A DNA stretch of 63,266 nt, the filler included. It is 6 parts of 6 records of this genome, joined end to end, with 100 filler letters (N's around TTAATTAATTAA, not from the genome) between each part and the next. Parts side by side here need not be neighbours in the genome. Positions count along the whole stretch, not along the records: positions 25,475 to 38,398 come from SRR2962707_3571; 5 more parts are not named here. One strand, 5' to 3'. Under the pieces are notes generated by a model, which saw only the letters and a list, made by a program, of their open reading frames with translations, did no database searches and was not told the DNA's origin. Below, piece by piece: positions 25,665 to 35,848 of this stretch (positions are counted from its first letter, which is position 1; each line of letters opens with the position of its first letter). A program made the translations under genes and the position numbers.

Positions 25665-26504
25665 ATGGATGCATTTTGGATCATATTGACCGGATCGTTA
25701 GTGGCTGTGAGTTGTGCCATCTTAGGCTCCTTTCTGGTGTTGAGAAAGATGTCAATGGTGGGTGATGCCATCTCACATTCAGTGCTGCCCGGGATTGTGA
25801 TTGCTTTTTTTCTGGCTGGAAGTATGCAGTCTGTCTGGATGTTGGTTGGGGCAGGAATTCTGGGAATGCTCACTACATTTCTTATTGAATTCTTTCATCA
25901 AAAAGGCAAGCTTCAAACGGACGCCTCTATCGGTGTAACCTTCACATGGCTCTTTGCTTTGGGGGTAATCCTGGTCACTTACTATGCAGGCAATGCCCAC
26001 ATTGATCAGGATTGCATTCTTTATGGCGAGATTGCTTACGTCCCTATTGATCTGGTGTATGATTCTGCTGGAGAGCCTATCGGGCCTAAGGCTGTAATTA
26101 TCTTATCGATCGTGCTGTTGCTTATTTTGCTATTTGTCTTTGTTTTCTACAAGGAACTGTTCATCACTACATTTGACGCTTCTTTTGCACAGGCCATCGG
26201 AATATCCACTTCTAAATGGCATTATGCTTTAATGGGATTGGTTTCATTGACTACCGTAGCATCTTTTGAGTCAGTGGGAGCGATACTCGTTGTAGCACTA
26301 TTGATAGCACCTGCAGCTTCAGCATACCTGATAACAAACCAGCTTAAAATAATGTTGATAGTCAGTTCCGCATTTGGCATATTAAGTGCTTTTTTCGGAT
26401 ACTGGCTGAGCTATTTACTTGATGGTTCTATTGCAGGTGCGATGGTAACCATATCAGGGGTTATCTTCGCCATTTGCTACACGATTGTGAGATTGAAAAA
26501 ATGA
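25665..26504 (+). CDS. Mn/Zn/Fe ABC transporter permease (ABC-3 family)
   Basis: GSFLVLRKMSMVGDAISHSVLPG motif; multiple TM helices. Confidence 0.93.
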   Translation: MDAFWIILTGSLVAVSCAILGSFLVLRKMSMVGDAISHSVLPGIVIAFFLAGSMQSVWMLVGAGILGMLTTFLIEFFHQKGKLQTDASIGVTFTWLFALGVILVTYYAGNAHIDQDCILYGEIAYVPIDLVYDSAGEPIGPKAVIILSIVLLLILLFVFVFYKELFITTFDASFAQAIGISTSKWHYALMGLVSLTTVASFESVGAILVVALLIAPAASAYLITNQLKIMLIVSSAFGILSAFFGYWLSYLLDGSIAGAMVTISGVIFAICYTIVRLKK

Positions 26505-26872
26505 ATAGACTCTTAGCAATTCTTCTTCTTATTTCAATGTCCTCTTGTTACAAGACATTGACCATGGATGGTTTCGATAAAGAACAATGGACGAACGCTG
26601 ATCAAGATTGCAGCACTTATCGCTTAGATGTAATCGATCTCATCATCGAAAAGCAAGATGTGATTTTGGAAGCAACACAAAATGAAGTGGAAAGTCTGCT
26701 CGGAAAGGCGAAGGAACATGAGCTTTATCAGCGCAATCAAAAATTCTTTCATTATCGCTTAACACCCCCCGATAGTTGTGGAGAATATGAAACCATTGAG
26801 TACCTCTCTATCCGATTCAATGCAATCGGTCGGGCTAATCTTGTACAGGTAATGCTAAGAGAGCCTCAATAA
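26501..26872 (+). CDS. Hypothetical lipoprotein
   Basis: Lipobox-like MNRLLAILLLISMSSC; ATGA overlap with the permease stop. Confidence 0.75.
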   Translation: MNRLLAILLLISMSSCYKTLTMDGFDKEQWTNADQDCSTYRLDVIDLIIEKQDVILEATQNEVESLLGKAKEHELYQRNQKFFHYRLTPPDSCGEYETIEYLSIRFNAIGRANLVQVMLREPQ

Positions 26873-27396
26873 GTGACAAGAGAATGAATCTGATCACACC
26901 ATTTGTGGAGCGCATCCCTTCCATGCAAAAAGCTCAGCTCAACTAAAAAAGAAAAACCGACAACCTTTCCTCCTGCCATTTTTACCAACTCGGCAGCAGC
27001 CAGTGCCGTACCTCCTGTAGCCAGCAAGTCGTCATGGATGAGCACTCTAGCCCCTTTAATCATGGCATCTTTATGCATTTCCACCTCAGTTGATCCGTAT
27101 TCCAGATCATAAGCGAAGGAATGTGTTTCCGCCGGCAGCTTTCCCTTTTTTCTCACAGGCACAAAAGGAATATGCAGTTTCTGTGCCAAAGCATTTCCCC
27201 AAATAAATCCTCTAGACTCTATTCCAACAACAGCATCAAGCTCATATCTTTTCCAATATTCAGCAATAGCCTCGGTAATATCAGCACTCAACTGTACGTC
27301 TTGTAAAAGCGGGGTGATGTCTTTAAAAAGGATGCCCGGCTTAGGGAAATCCGGCACATCCCGAATACTATTGATAATTCTTTTGGTGAGATTCAT
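26866..27396 (-). CDS. apt: Adenine phosphoribosyltransferase
   Basis: DFPKPGILFKDIT, ESRGF, RKKGKLP, LEYG, PRPP motif IHDDLLATGGT. Confidence 0.97.
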   Translation of the reverse strand: MNLTKRIINSIRDVPDFPKPGILFKDITPLLQDVQLSADITEAIAEYWKRYELDAVVGIESRGFIWGNALAQKLHIPFVPVRKKGKLPAETHSFAYDLEYGSTEVEMHKDAMIKGARVLIHDDLLATGGTALAAAELVKMAGGKVVGFSFLVELSFLHGRDALHKWCDQIHSLVTY

Positions 27397-27469
27397 GCAA
27401 TAAAAATTGAAATAGGTTTAAAATTGAGGCACAGTATTTGAAAAGTCTTTGCTAAAAAACTCAAAGCCA

Positions 27470-27853
27470 ATGAAAAATTTATACTTAATCCTGTTTGTTT
27501 TTGGTTTAGTCACTACTTCACAAGCGCAGAAGCTGTCTAAAATGGAGGAGTTACTCCAATCGAAGCAAAAGTGGTCTGTAATCGATGTGAAATGCAAACG
27601 TCCTTATTTTGAAATCGGTGAAACATTCACAATTCGAATAGATCGCAAATTCTACCACGATCGAAACAATTACGCAAAGTTGGGTGGTGAATGGACGCTG
27701 GATGGTAAAAAGTTGATTCTTACCTACGATTCATTTACAGAGGAAAGAAGAAGAATTCCTTATGTTTATAAAATCAAAAAGTGGGGAAAAGATGGATTCC
27801 GACTTACCTACCGAAATAAATTCAACAAGAAAGAAAAGGTTTACTTTAAATAG
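27470..27853 (+). CDS. Hypothetical secreted protein (lipocalin-like fold possible)
   Basis: Signal peptide ending SQA/QK; GEWTLDGKKLILTY segment. Confidence 0.7.
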   Translation: MKNLYLILFVFGLVTTSQAQKLSKMEELLQSKQKWSVIDVKCKRPYFEIGETFTIRIDRKFYHDRNNYAKLGGEWTLDGKKLILTYDSFTEERRRIPYVYKIKKWGKDGFRLTYRNKFNKKEKVYFK

Positions 27854-27854
27854 C

Positions 27855-27879
27855 AAAAGCCCCGGAAAGGGGCTTTTTT
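27855..27879. terminator. Bidirectional intrinsic terminator
   Basis: AAAAGCCCC-GGAAA-GGGGCTTTTTT between convergent genes. Confidence 0.9.
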
Positions 27880-28976
27880 CATTTTATAGCTTCATATGCC
27901 CCTTTGACAACAATCTCCTTTTCTATCAACCTCGAAACATCTAAAACCTCTACTAAATCTCCATTCCGTTGGCCTGTTTGAACTTCAACTTTCTTAAAAA
28001 GATCCTTACCTCCTCGTGAATCTTTTACAGCCACGTATTGCATCCCATCCATATCGACAATAGCTCCAGCAGGAACAGCATACCCTTTATATATTCCTGT
28101 TTCAATCCAGGCCTCTATGTATGCTCCCACTACTAGCTGAGAGTAGCTATCAGGTATATGCCCGTGCACCATCACAGAACGATCTTTACTGTCAATTACT
28201 TTTTCAATTAAATGAACTTCTCCATAAAGTAGAGAATCACTCTCATTCACTTTAAACTCAATTCTCTGACCTTCCTTTAACTTAGTCACATCCCGTTCAT
28301 ATACTTTCAGCTCCAGATGCATATGTTCCGTATTGACAATTTGCATTGCAACATCCTGTGGAGACAGGTAAGCTCCTTTGTTGATTGACAGATCACTTAC
28401 AAAACCCGAAATGGGCGCATAAACCCGCACAGAGTTAACAATTTCTCCTTTTTCCAATTGAGCAATATCAATATTGATCAATTCCAGCTGCTCCTTCAGG
28501 CTTTCCTGCTTCGCCTTAGCAACGAGGTAATCACTCTCCGCCTGCCTGAATTTTTTCTCAGATGATATCGCATCAGCCACCAATGCTTTTTGTCGATTAT
28601 AATCCGCCTTCAAAAACGCAATTTGCTCCTTTACTTCCAGGTACGCCTGCTGCATACTGATGTATTCCGGATTTTGAAGGGTAAAAAGCAAATCACCCTT
28701 TCTCACCCGCTTGCCGGGGAGTAAATCAAAATACCTCACATAGCCACCATGAAACACACTAATTGATGCGCGGTGAGTTGGTGGAACATCCACAATACCG
28801 CGAACAGAAATGCGCTGCGGGATATCCATTTGCTTCAATTGCGCCGTTTGTATACCGGCTTGATTTTGCTGATCTGCTGTTAAGAAAACACCCTCTTCTA
28901 CCTGATCATTCGATCCTTCTAATTCCTGATTACATGCAATCAGGAAAAGTGTTGAAATGATTAAAATATATTTCAT
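27879..28976 (-). CDS. RND efflux periplasmic adaptor (CzcB/CusB-like) lipoprotein
   Basis: Lipobox LIAC, lipoyl/hairpin architecture, APISGFV; directly downstream of the RND pump. Confidence 0.92.
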   Translation of the reverse strand: MKYILIISTLFLIACNQELEGSNDQVEEGVFLTADQQNQAGIQTAQLKQMDIPQRISVRGIVDVPPTHRASISVFHGGYVRYFDLLPGKRVRKGDLLFTLQNPEYISMQQAYLEVKEQIAFLKADYNRQKALVADAISSEKKFRQAESDYLVAKAKQESLKEQLELINIDIAQLEKGEIVNSVRVYAPISGFVSDLSINKGAYLSPQDVAMQIVNTEHMHLELKVYERDVTKLKEGQRIEFKVNESDSLLYGEVHLIEKVIDSKDRSVMVHGHIPDSYSQLVVGAYIEAWIETGIYKGYAVPAGAIVDMDGMQYVAVKDSRGGKDLFKKVEVQTGQRNGDLVEVLDVSRLIEKEIVVKGAYEAIK

Positions 28977-28984
28977 GATAATTT

Positions 28985-31900
28985 TTATTTAAATGTTAAG
29001 TGGTTGATTTCGAGCGCAATTTGATTGTATTGCCATAATGATTGGAGATAATCAATCTTTATGCTTGTCGCTCTTTCCAATAACTGTGCGTACTGCAAAA
29101 AATCAATTTCTCCATTTTGGAATGATCGATTTGCCGCATGCATTAGTTCCTGACTCAACTTCCTGCCTGAAACTTCATAAGAGACTAAAGCCGCTTCCTG
29201 CTTTTCGAGATCTGCCAATAAGCTGTTTAGCTTTGCCTGAAGCTGATATTCATATTCATCAGATGCTGTCATGGATTGTTCCCATGCTACCTGAGCTGCA
29301 CTTATTCTTGACTTTTCACCTGCAAACAAAATAGGAATACTCAGCCCAACCTGAAAGCCTCGAAAAGTCTGAGCTCCAACTGAGCCATCATTTCCCTGAA
29401 AGTATTCCAATTGAATACCTGGCAACAACTGGTTTTTTTGAAGAGCTAAATCAGATTTCATTATAGAAATTGACTCATCCGATTGAAGTAAACCCGGATG
29501 TGTCTTTAAATCAGGGACTTGAATTGTGACTTTAGTGAGGGAATCTTGCTCTACTGTTATCGTGTCTCCGGTTTGGATCCAACGATACATATTCACATAT
29601 GCTAGCTCAAGCTCCTTATGAGACTGATCAAGATTTTTTTTGACAGCTACGGATAAACTTTGTGCGGTAAGCTGTTCAAGGTAACCAGACTCTCCTTCTT
29701 CAAATCTGCGTTTTGCTGCCACACCAAATTTGGCATAAACGCTATCCAGATAGCTATACCACTTAACCAAGTTCGCAGAATAGACTACCTGATAATAAGC
29801 TTCGGATACTTTTTGTATTAGTAGTTGTTCTTCCTGCCGATACTGGAAGTCTGCTATGCGTACCCTGCTCTCAAGTATACGTTTCTGTTTGCTGTAAATC
29901 GTAGGGAAATCAAATGATTGCTGTACTCCCCATACATTCAACGGTAAATTATTTTGAGTCAGGTTGTTCTGATCCTCACTGTAATAGAGAGTAGCTCTAT
30001 CAAAAGAATAGGCAGTGCCAACGAGCTTTTTAGTACGTTCTACTTCCAGTGCCGATGAGTGCAAACCGGCATTATTTTCTTTTGCTATTGAGATAGCTTC
30101 TTCCAGGGATATCGCTTGTTGGGAATGACCCAGTCCGGGAAGGAGAAAACATCCAAGTATAAGCAATATCTTAGGTCTCTTGCCTTTAATCGAGACACCT
30201 TTATCAAAAATAGAATAGAGTATGGGTAGAACAATCAGCGTGAGCAACGTAGCAGTAATAAGTCCACCAACAACCACAGTTGCCAATGGACGTTGTACTT
30301 CCGCTCCTGCGGATGTCGATACGGCCATGGGTAAAAACCCCAAAGCAGCCGCAGAAGCAGTAAGTAGCACAGGTCTTAATCGTTGAGTTGCACCCTTAAT
30401 TACACGCTCTTTTACATCAGCTATCCCTTTGGCTTTCAGCTCTTTGAAATGCTCTATGAGTACAATCCCATTTAATACAGCAATTCCGAATAAGGCTATA
30501 AACCCAACGCCGGCTGAAATACTAAAAGGCATATCTCTTATCCATAGCAACAGCAAACCACCAACAGCAGCCAGAGGTATCGCGCTGTAGATCATCAAGG
30601 CGTCCCTTACCGACTTGAATGCAAAGTGCAGAAGTATAAAAATCAGAACCAAAGAAATTGGAACAGCTACAGCCAGACGCTGACGTGCACTTCGAAGGTT
30701 CTCAAATTGTCCCCCGTATGTCACATAATATCCCGGAGGTAAATCAATATTATTATCAATAAGACCACTCACATCATTCACTACAGACTCAAGGTCCCTA
30801 TTTCGAACATTGATGCTAACAACAATTCGGCGATGGGTATTGTCTCTTGAAATTTTTGCCGGGCCATAAGTGTAGGTAATCTCTGCTAACGAACTCAAAG
30901 GAACTTTTCCCCCATCCGGAATATTTACATATATCTGCTCCAGATTTTCAATCCCCTTTCGCTGATCACCGGCAAATCGCACAGAAAGATCAAATCTGCG
31001 CTCTCCCTCATAAATACTACCAGCAACCTCTCCCGCAAAACCCAAAGAAACCAGTCGATTTACATCCGAAATGTTCAATCCATAACGAGCAATTTTGCTT
31101 CTATCATACTTGACTTGCAATTGTGGCAACCCAACGACCTTTTCAACAGTGATATCTGCTGCCCCCTCGACATTTGCGATGAGTTTTTCTACCTCTTGTG
31201 CCTTTTGGTACAATAAATCCAGATCTTCCCCAAAAATCTTAATCGCCAGATCTGAACGGACTCCCGTAATCAACTCATTAAATCGCATCTCAATGGGTTG
31301 AGTAAATTCAAAGTCGATTGTAGGTAAGGCCTCTACTAAAGCCTCCTTTACCTTATTTGCTAATTCATCCTTACTTCCTGCTGTTACCCATTCATCCCTG
31401 TCCTTTAAAGTGATGATTACATCGGTCTCCTCCATTGACATGGGGTCTGTAGGCACCTCTGCAGCTCCGATACGTGTAACTACCTGATTTACTTCCGGAA
31501 AGCGCTTTACGATTTCCTCAATCCTGGTAGTAATTTCAATGGTTTTAGTAAGTGAGGTTCCCGTTTTTAACACCGGCTGAATGACAAAATCTCCTTCATC
31601 GAGTGTAGGGACAAACTCGCCACCCATTCGAGTAAAAAGAACAATAGTGGCTGACAGAAGTAGTGTAGCAAGAACCAAAACCAACCGTTTCCTACCCAAA
31701 ACCCAGGTCAGCGTTGGGACATAAATGCTTTCAAGCCACGAAATAAGTTTTCTTGAAATGCGACTTTCTTTCTGTTCCGGTTTGATAAATAAGCTGGAAA
31801 TGACCGGTACATAGGTAAAACCGAGAATCATCGCTCCAATCAAGGCAAAGCAAAAAGTCAGTGCCATCGGGATAAACATCTTGCCCTCCACATTAGTCAG

Positions 31901-33307
31901 CGATAAAATAGGGATGAATACGATGATGATAATCAGCTGACCGAATACCGCTGAGCGCGTCATCTTCGAGGTACTCTCAAATGTGATTTCATCAATGCGC
32001 TGTTTCCTTTCGGATTTACTTAACCCCAACATTTGCGATTGACTCGAGGCAATTTTGAAAGCAATGAACTCAACAATGATAACAGCCCCATCGATAATAA
32101 TTCCGAAATCGATGGCGCCCAGGCTCATGAGATTAGCATCAATGCCAAAGATGTACATCATGGATATGGCAAATAATAATGCAAGTGGAATTACGGAAGC
32201 CACGACCAATCCTGAACGGAAGTTTCCTAAGAGTAAAACCACTACAAATACCACGATTAAACACCCCATAATAAGGTTTTCTGTAATGGTAAAAGTGGTT
32301 TTACCAATCAGTTCGCTACGCTCGAGAAATGGGTTTATGGTAATTCCTGGAGGCAAAGTAGTTTGTACTTCAGCGACACGTTGCTTCACTGCTTCGATAA
32401 CTGCCTTTGAGTTGGCGTCCTTCAGCATCATCACTTGTCCTAAAACCTTCTCCCCTTCTCCGTTCCCGGTAACAGCTCCGAACCGAGTGGCATGTCCATA
32501 TCCAACTTCAGCAATGTCCTTGATATATATGGGACTTCCTTCCCGAATTGTAACTACAATATTTTCAATGTCTTTCAAAGACTTAACCAATCCCTCACCC
32601 CGTATGAAATAACTTTGGTTAGCTTTTTCTATGTAACCTCCACCAGTAACATCATTGTTCTTTTCGATGGCATTCAACACCTGAATAGGTGAAATGTTCA
32701 TTGCATTCAGATGTTCCGGATTAATCGTTACTTCATACCTCTTTAAAAAGCCGCCCCAGGTGTTGATCTCAACAACCCCTTTGATCCCACTAAGTTGCCT
32801 TTTCACTATCCAGTCCTGAATGGTGCGTAGCTCCATGGAGGAATACCGGCCTTTATACTCCTCATCAACCTCCAGCACGTATTGATAAATCTCCCCTAAG
32901 CCAGTCGATATAGGTCCCATCTCAGGAGACCCAAAACCTTCGGGGATTTTCTCGGACGCACTTTTGATTTTCTCCGCTATCAATTGCCGAGGTAAGTAGG
33001 TTCCCATCCGATCCTCAAACACAATGGTAACGACTGAGAGACCAAACTTTGATATTGACCGAATTTCCTGCACACCCGGAAGGTTGGCCATCTCCAACTC
33101 AATCGGGTATGTAATAAACTGCTCTATATCTTGCGTTGAAAGATTTCGAGACGTAGTTATGACCTGAACCTGATTATTGGTAACATCAGGAACTGCACCA
33201 ATCGGTATCTGGGTTAGAGAATAAACACCGAAGGCGAATAAACTAACGGTAAAGAATATAACGATCAGCTTGTTGTTCAAGCTAAACCGAACAATATGTT
33301 CTAACAT
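28985..33307 (-). CDS. CusA/CzcA heavy-metal RND transporter fused to a C-terminal TolC-like outer-membrane factor domain
   Basis: AVPDVTNNQVQV, SLGAIDFGIIIDGAV, RLRPVLLTA, GAEVQRPLATVV, plus about 400 extra aa starting ISLEEAISIAKENN. Confidence 0.93.
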   Translation of the reverse strand: MLEHIVRFSLNNKLIVIFFTVSLFAFGVYSLTQIPIGAVPDVTNNQVQVITTSRNLSTQDIEQFITYPIELEMANLPGVQEIRSISKFGLSVVTIVFEDRMGTYLPRQLIAEKIKSASEKIPEGFGSPEMGPISTGLGEIYQYVLEVDEEYKGRYSSMELRTIQDWIVKRQLSGIKGVVEINTWGGFLKRYEVTINPEHLNAMNISPIQVLNAIEKNNDVTGGGYIEKANQSYFIRGEGLVKSLKDIENIVVTIREGSPIYIKDIAEVGYGHATRFGAVTGNGEGEKVLGQVMMLKDANSKAVIEAVKQRVAEVQTTLPPGITINPFLERSELIGKTTFTITENLIMGCLIVVFVVVLLLGNFRSGLVVASVIPLALLFAISMMYIFGIDANLMSLGAIDFGIIIDGAVIIVEFIAFKIASSQSQMLGLSKSERKQRIDEITFESTSKMTRSAVFGQLIIIIVFIPILSLTNVEGKMFIPMALTFCFALIGAMILGFTYVPVISSLFIKPEQKESRISRKLISWLESIYVPTLTWVLGRKRLVLVLATLLLSATIVLFTRMGGEFVPTLDEGDFVIQPVLKTGTSLTKTIEITTRIEEIVKRFPEVNQVVTRIGAAEVPTDPMSMEETDVIITLKDRDEWVTAGSKDELANKVKEALVEALPTIDFEFTQPIEMRFNELITGVRSDLAIKIFGEDLDLLYQKAQEVEKLIANVEGAADITVEKVVGLPQLQVKYDRSKIARYGLNISDVNRLVSLGFAGEVAGSIYEGERRFDLSVRFAGDQRKGIENLEQIYVNIPDGGKVPLSSLAEITYTYGPAKISRDNTHRRIVVSINVRNRDLESVVNDVSGLIDNNIDLPPGYYVTYGGQFENLRSARQRLAVAVPISLVLIFILLHFAFKSVRDALMIYSAIPLAAVGGLLLLWIRDMPFSISAGVGFIALFGIAVLNGIVLIEHFKELKAKGIADVKERVIKGATQRLRPVLLTASAAALGFLPMAVSTSAGAEVQRPLATVVVGGLITATLLTLIVLPILYSIFDKGVSIKGKRPKILLILGCFLLPGLGHSQQAISLEEAISIAKENNAGLHSSALEVERTKKLVGTAYSFDRATLYYSEDQNNLTQNNLPLNVWGVQQSFDFPTIYSKQKRILESRVRIADFQYRQEEQLLIQKVSEAYYQVVYSANLVKWYSYLDSVYAKFGVAAKRRFEEGESGYLEQLTAQSLSVAVKKNLDQSHKELELAYVNMYRWIQTGDTITVEQDSLTKVTIQVPDLKTHPGLLQSDESISIMKSDLALQKNQLLPGIQLEYFQGNDGSVGAQTFRGFQVGLSIPILFAGEKSRISAAQVAWEQSMTASDEYEYQLQAKLNSLLADLEKQEAALVSYEVSGRKLSQELMHAANRSFQNGEIDFLQYAQLLERATSIKIDYLQSLWQYNQIALEINHLTFK

Positions 33308-33360
33308 GAGAATTTGAGTTTTAGAATAACAATTGGAAAAGGATCGTACGACCCGCAGGA

Positions 33361-33732
33361 TCAACCCAATTGCGGTGGTCCTCTAAAACTAATAGAAAGG
33401 AAAACAAGGTGATCTTTGGCTAATACGCTTGATTCTACCGGAAAGGAATCATCCTTGTCACGTTCAACACAAAGCGGAATTTCGAATGTAGGAATCTCTG
33501 CAACCGGAAAGTAAACGGTCAGATTGGAAGTTTTCTCGAACTCCTCCAGGTGATTTTCTCCCGGATTTAAGTGTAGAGCTAATTTGATATAATCAAGCAG
33601 GGAGTCGGCATAGGTATACTCAACCGCATGCTCATCCTCAGTCTCTTGATTAACATGATGATGTGGCATTAGTGTATGCAACATAAGCATGCATACAGCT
33701 ATAGTCATTGCTATTTTACCGATCACCTTCAT
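33361..33732 (-). CDS. Small His-containing protein upstream of the metal efflux operon
   Basis: Hydrophobic N-terminus, PHHH motif, C-terminal FRGPP. Confidence 0.75.
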   Translation of the reverse strand: MKVIGKIAMTIAVCMLMLHTLMPHHHVNQETEDEHAVEYTYADSLLDYIKLALHLNPGENHLEEFEKTSNLTVYFPVAEIPTFEIPLCVERDKDDSFPVESSVLAKDHLVFLSISFRGPPQLG

Positions 33733-33843
33733 CACATATGCAATTTACGTATAATGAAATGATACTGTTGGCTTTTAACCTAATTCAGATTGAATCTAAT
33801 CTAGTGTATGGGGTATAAATTTGAATATAGTTGCATTAACAAC

Positions 33844-33851
33844 TAAATTTG
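33844..33851 (+). promoter_or_regulatory. Bacteroidota sigma-70 -7 element (TAnnTTTG)
   Basis: TAAATTTG about 23 nt upstream of the ATG at 33874. Confidence 0.55.
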
Positions 33852-33873
33852 CGGAATATTAAAATTGATTCAT

Positions 33874-35109
33874 ATGTTTTGGGAATCTTACAGCCACAAT
33901 AAATTAAAAAAGATCGTTTTTGATGCGTTGGAACAAAACCTGGATTACAGGCATAAGCCGGTATTAGGTCTTCCTGCATCCTATCTTGATACAGAGGTGT
34001 TTTATCAGGATGCGCCTTTTTTGAAAGATGCTCCCTTCCTTTCGGCTATGATTGCCAATCCGAATCACATAGGCTGCCATACTTTAAATGAATCCGAAGC
34101 TGCATTTGAAGGCACGCAAAAGATCGAGGCGGAATTAATTGATATATGTGCCAAAGAAATATTTCAGGGAAAAGAAGCTCATTATGATGGGTATGTTGCT
34201 TCGGGTGGCACAGAAGCGAACATTCAAGCTATTTGGATTCTTAAACGCTATTATGAACAGGAATTTGAAGCAAAATCTGAAGAGATTGCTTTGGTCTGCA
34301 CAGCTGACGCTCATTACTCCATGCCAAAGGCTGGGTCGCTGTTGAGCCTAGATCGTTATACGTTACCTGTAGATCCAGAAACCAGGAAAATCACAAGTGA
34401 AGCAACATCTGTTCTTAGACGGGCCCAATCAGAAGGAAAGAAATACTTCATTGTTGTTCTGAACATGGGCACAACCATGTTTGGCTCTGTTGATGATATC
34501 GATGAGGTTACCGGTTGGATGGATAAGCTGGAATTAACCTATAAAGTTCACATCGATGCTGCGTTTGGAGGGTTTATATATCCGTTTGCAGATGACCACA
34601 ATAAACTTACTTTTCAAAACTCCAGGATCAACTCTTTTACATTAGATGGCCATAAAATGCTACAGTCTCCTTATGGCACAGGGATCTACATCACCAGACA
34701 GGGATTCATGGAGTATGCTCTGACAGAAGAGGCCAATTACGTAAAAGGTAAGGACTACACCTTAATTGGAAGCCGCTCAGGTGCGAACGCTATTGCCGTT
34801 TGGATGATCATGCGAACCTATGGCTCTGAAGGATGGAAAATGAAAATTCGTAAACTCATTGAAAAAACGGATCGATTGTGTGATAATTTGAATGATAGAG
34901 GAGTTGAGTTTTATAGGAACCCTTTCATGAATATCGTGACAATCAAAGCAGAATATGTGGATCCGAGGATAGCTAAAGAATTTCTCCTAGTACCAGACTC
35001 ACACGATGACAGACCCAATTGGTACAAAATCGTGGTAATGGATCACGTGACACAAGGACTGCTAGATCGGTTTTTAATGTCTCTCCCTGTAGAATCTAAG
35101 AATGCTTAG
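33874..35109 (+). CDS. Group II PLP-dependent decarboxylase (MfnA/PanP/HDC-like)
   Basis: SGGTEAN, HYS, GTT, HIDAAFGG, DGHK (PLP lysine), GSRSG. Confidence 0.9.
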   Translation: MFWESYSHNKLKKIVFDALEQNLDYRHKPVLGLPASYLDTEVFYQDAPFLKDAPFLSAMIANPNHIGCHTLNESEAAFEGTQKIEAELIDICAKEIFQGKEAHYDGYVASGGTEANIQAIWILKRYYEQEFEAKSEEIALVCTADAHYSMPKAGSLLSLDRYTLPVDPETRKITSEATSVLRRAQSEGKKYFIVVLNMGTTMFGSVDDIDEVTGWMDKLELTYKVHIDAAFGGFIYPFADDHNKLTFQNSRINSFTLDGHKMLQSPYGTGIYITRQGFMEYALTEEANYVKGKDYTLIGSRSGANAIAVWMIMRTYGSEGWKMKIRKLIEKTDRLCDNLNDRGVEFYRNPFMNIVTIKAEYVDPRIAKEFLLVPDSHDDRPNWYKIVVMDHVTQGLLDRFLMSLPVESKNA

Positions 35110-35327
35110 TAAACAACTTCAATTTTAAAGTAACAGGCACATCGGGTTAAATAACGTTAAAGTCAACGTGATTTATGGCATGGCCGGTTTGTCTGTTAGT
35201 TTTGTAAATCTTAAAAATGGCTTGAAGCTACTCTGCGAATTGTTTTTTGAACGGGGAGATCGTGCAGGTTTACGTAATTGAGTAGTATAGCAAGACCTAC
35301 CTGGATATCTCCACAATTTTACGAATC

Positions 35328-35780
35328 ATGAATATTTTAAAAAGGAATCAGTCTAGCCTTTTGATGAGTTTTATTTTGATGTGCCTTTCTAGTCAACTGT
35401 TGGCACAGAGTCCGCAACAGACAAGAACAGATTTCAGTGATGGAGAATTAGAAAACTTTGTAGAGGTAGTGAAAGTACAACAAAAAGGGCAACTGGAAAT
35501 GGCAGAGGCCATTCAAAGTGAGGGGTTGGATGTAAACGCTTTCAACCAAATTCTACAAGCTAAACAAGACCCTGAAGCTGATGTCTCTAAAGAAGACGAA
35601 GTGAAATTTCAGGCGGCTTCTCAAAAGGTGAAAGCCATCCAGCAAGGACTTCAGAGCAAAGTGATGAAAAAGATTAACGATACCGGGCTAGGTATGAACA
35701 CATATACTCAGATTGCTCAGGCATATCAGCAGGACGCAGAAGTTCAAAAAAAGGTAAATACGATTCTGGCAGATAACTAG
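35328..35780 (+). CDS. DUF4168-like secreted helical protein
   Basis: Signal peptide; two Gln-rich helical repeats (SDGELENF...GLDVNAFNQI; GLGMNTYTQIA). Confidence 0.75.
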   Translation: MNILKRNQSSLLMSFILMCLSSQLLAQSPQQTRTDFSDGELENFVEVVKVQQKGQLEMAEAIQSEGLDVNAFNQILQAKQDPEADVSKEDEVKFQAASQKVKAIQQGLQSKVMKKINDTGLGMNTYTQIAQAYQQDAEVQKKVNTILADN

Positions 35781-35800
35781 TTTCCAGATTTCAATGTGGT

Positions 35801-35832
35801 TAAGACTGATGGCTCTCATAGCCACAGTCTTA
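35801..35832. terminator. Hairpin between convergent genes
   Basis: TAAGACTG(A)TGGCT...AGCCACAGTCTTA inverted repeat. Confidence 0.6.
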
Positions 35833-35848
35833 CTTTGAACAAACCTGA

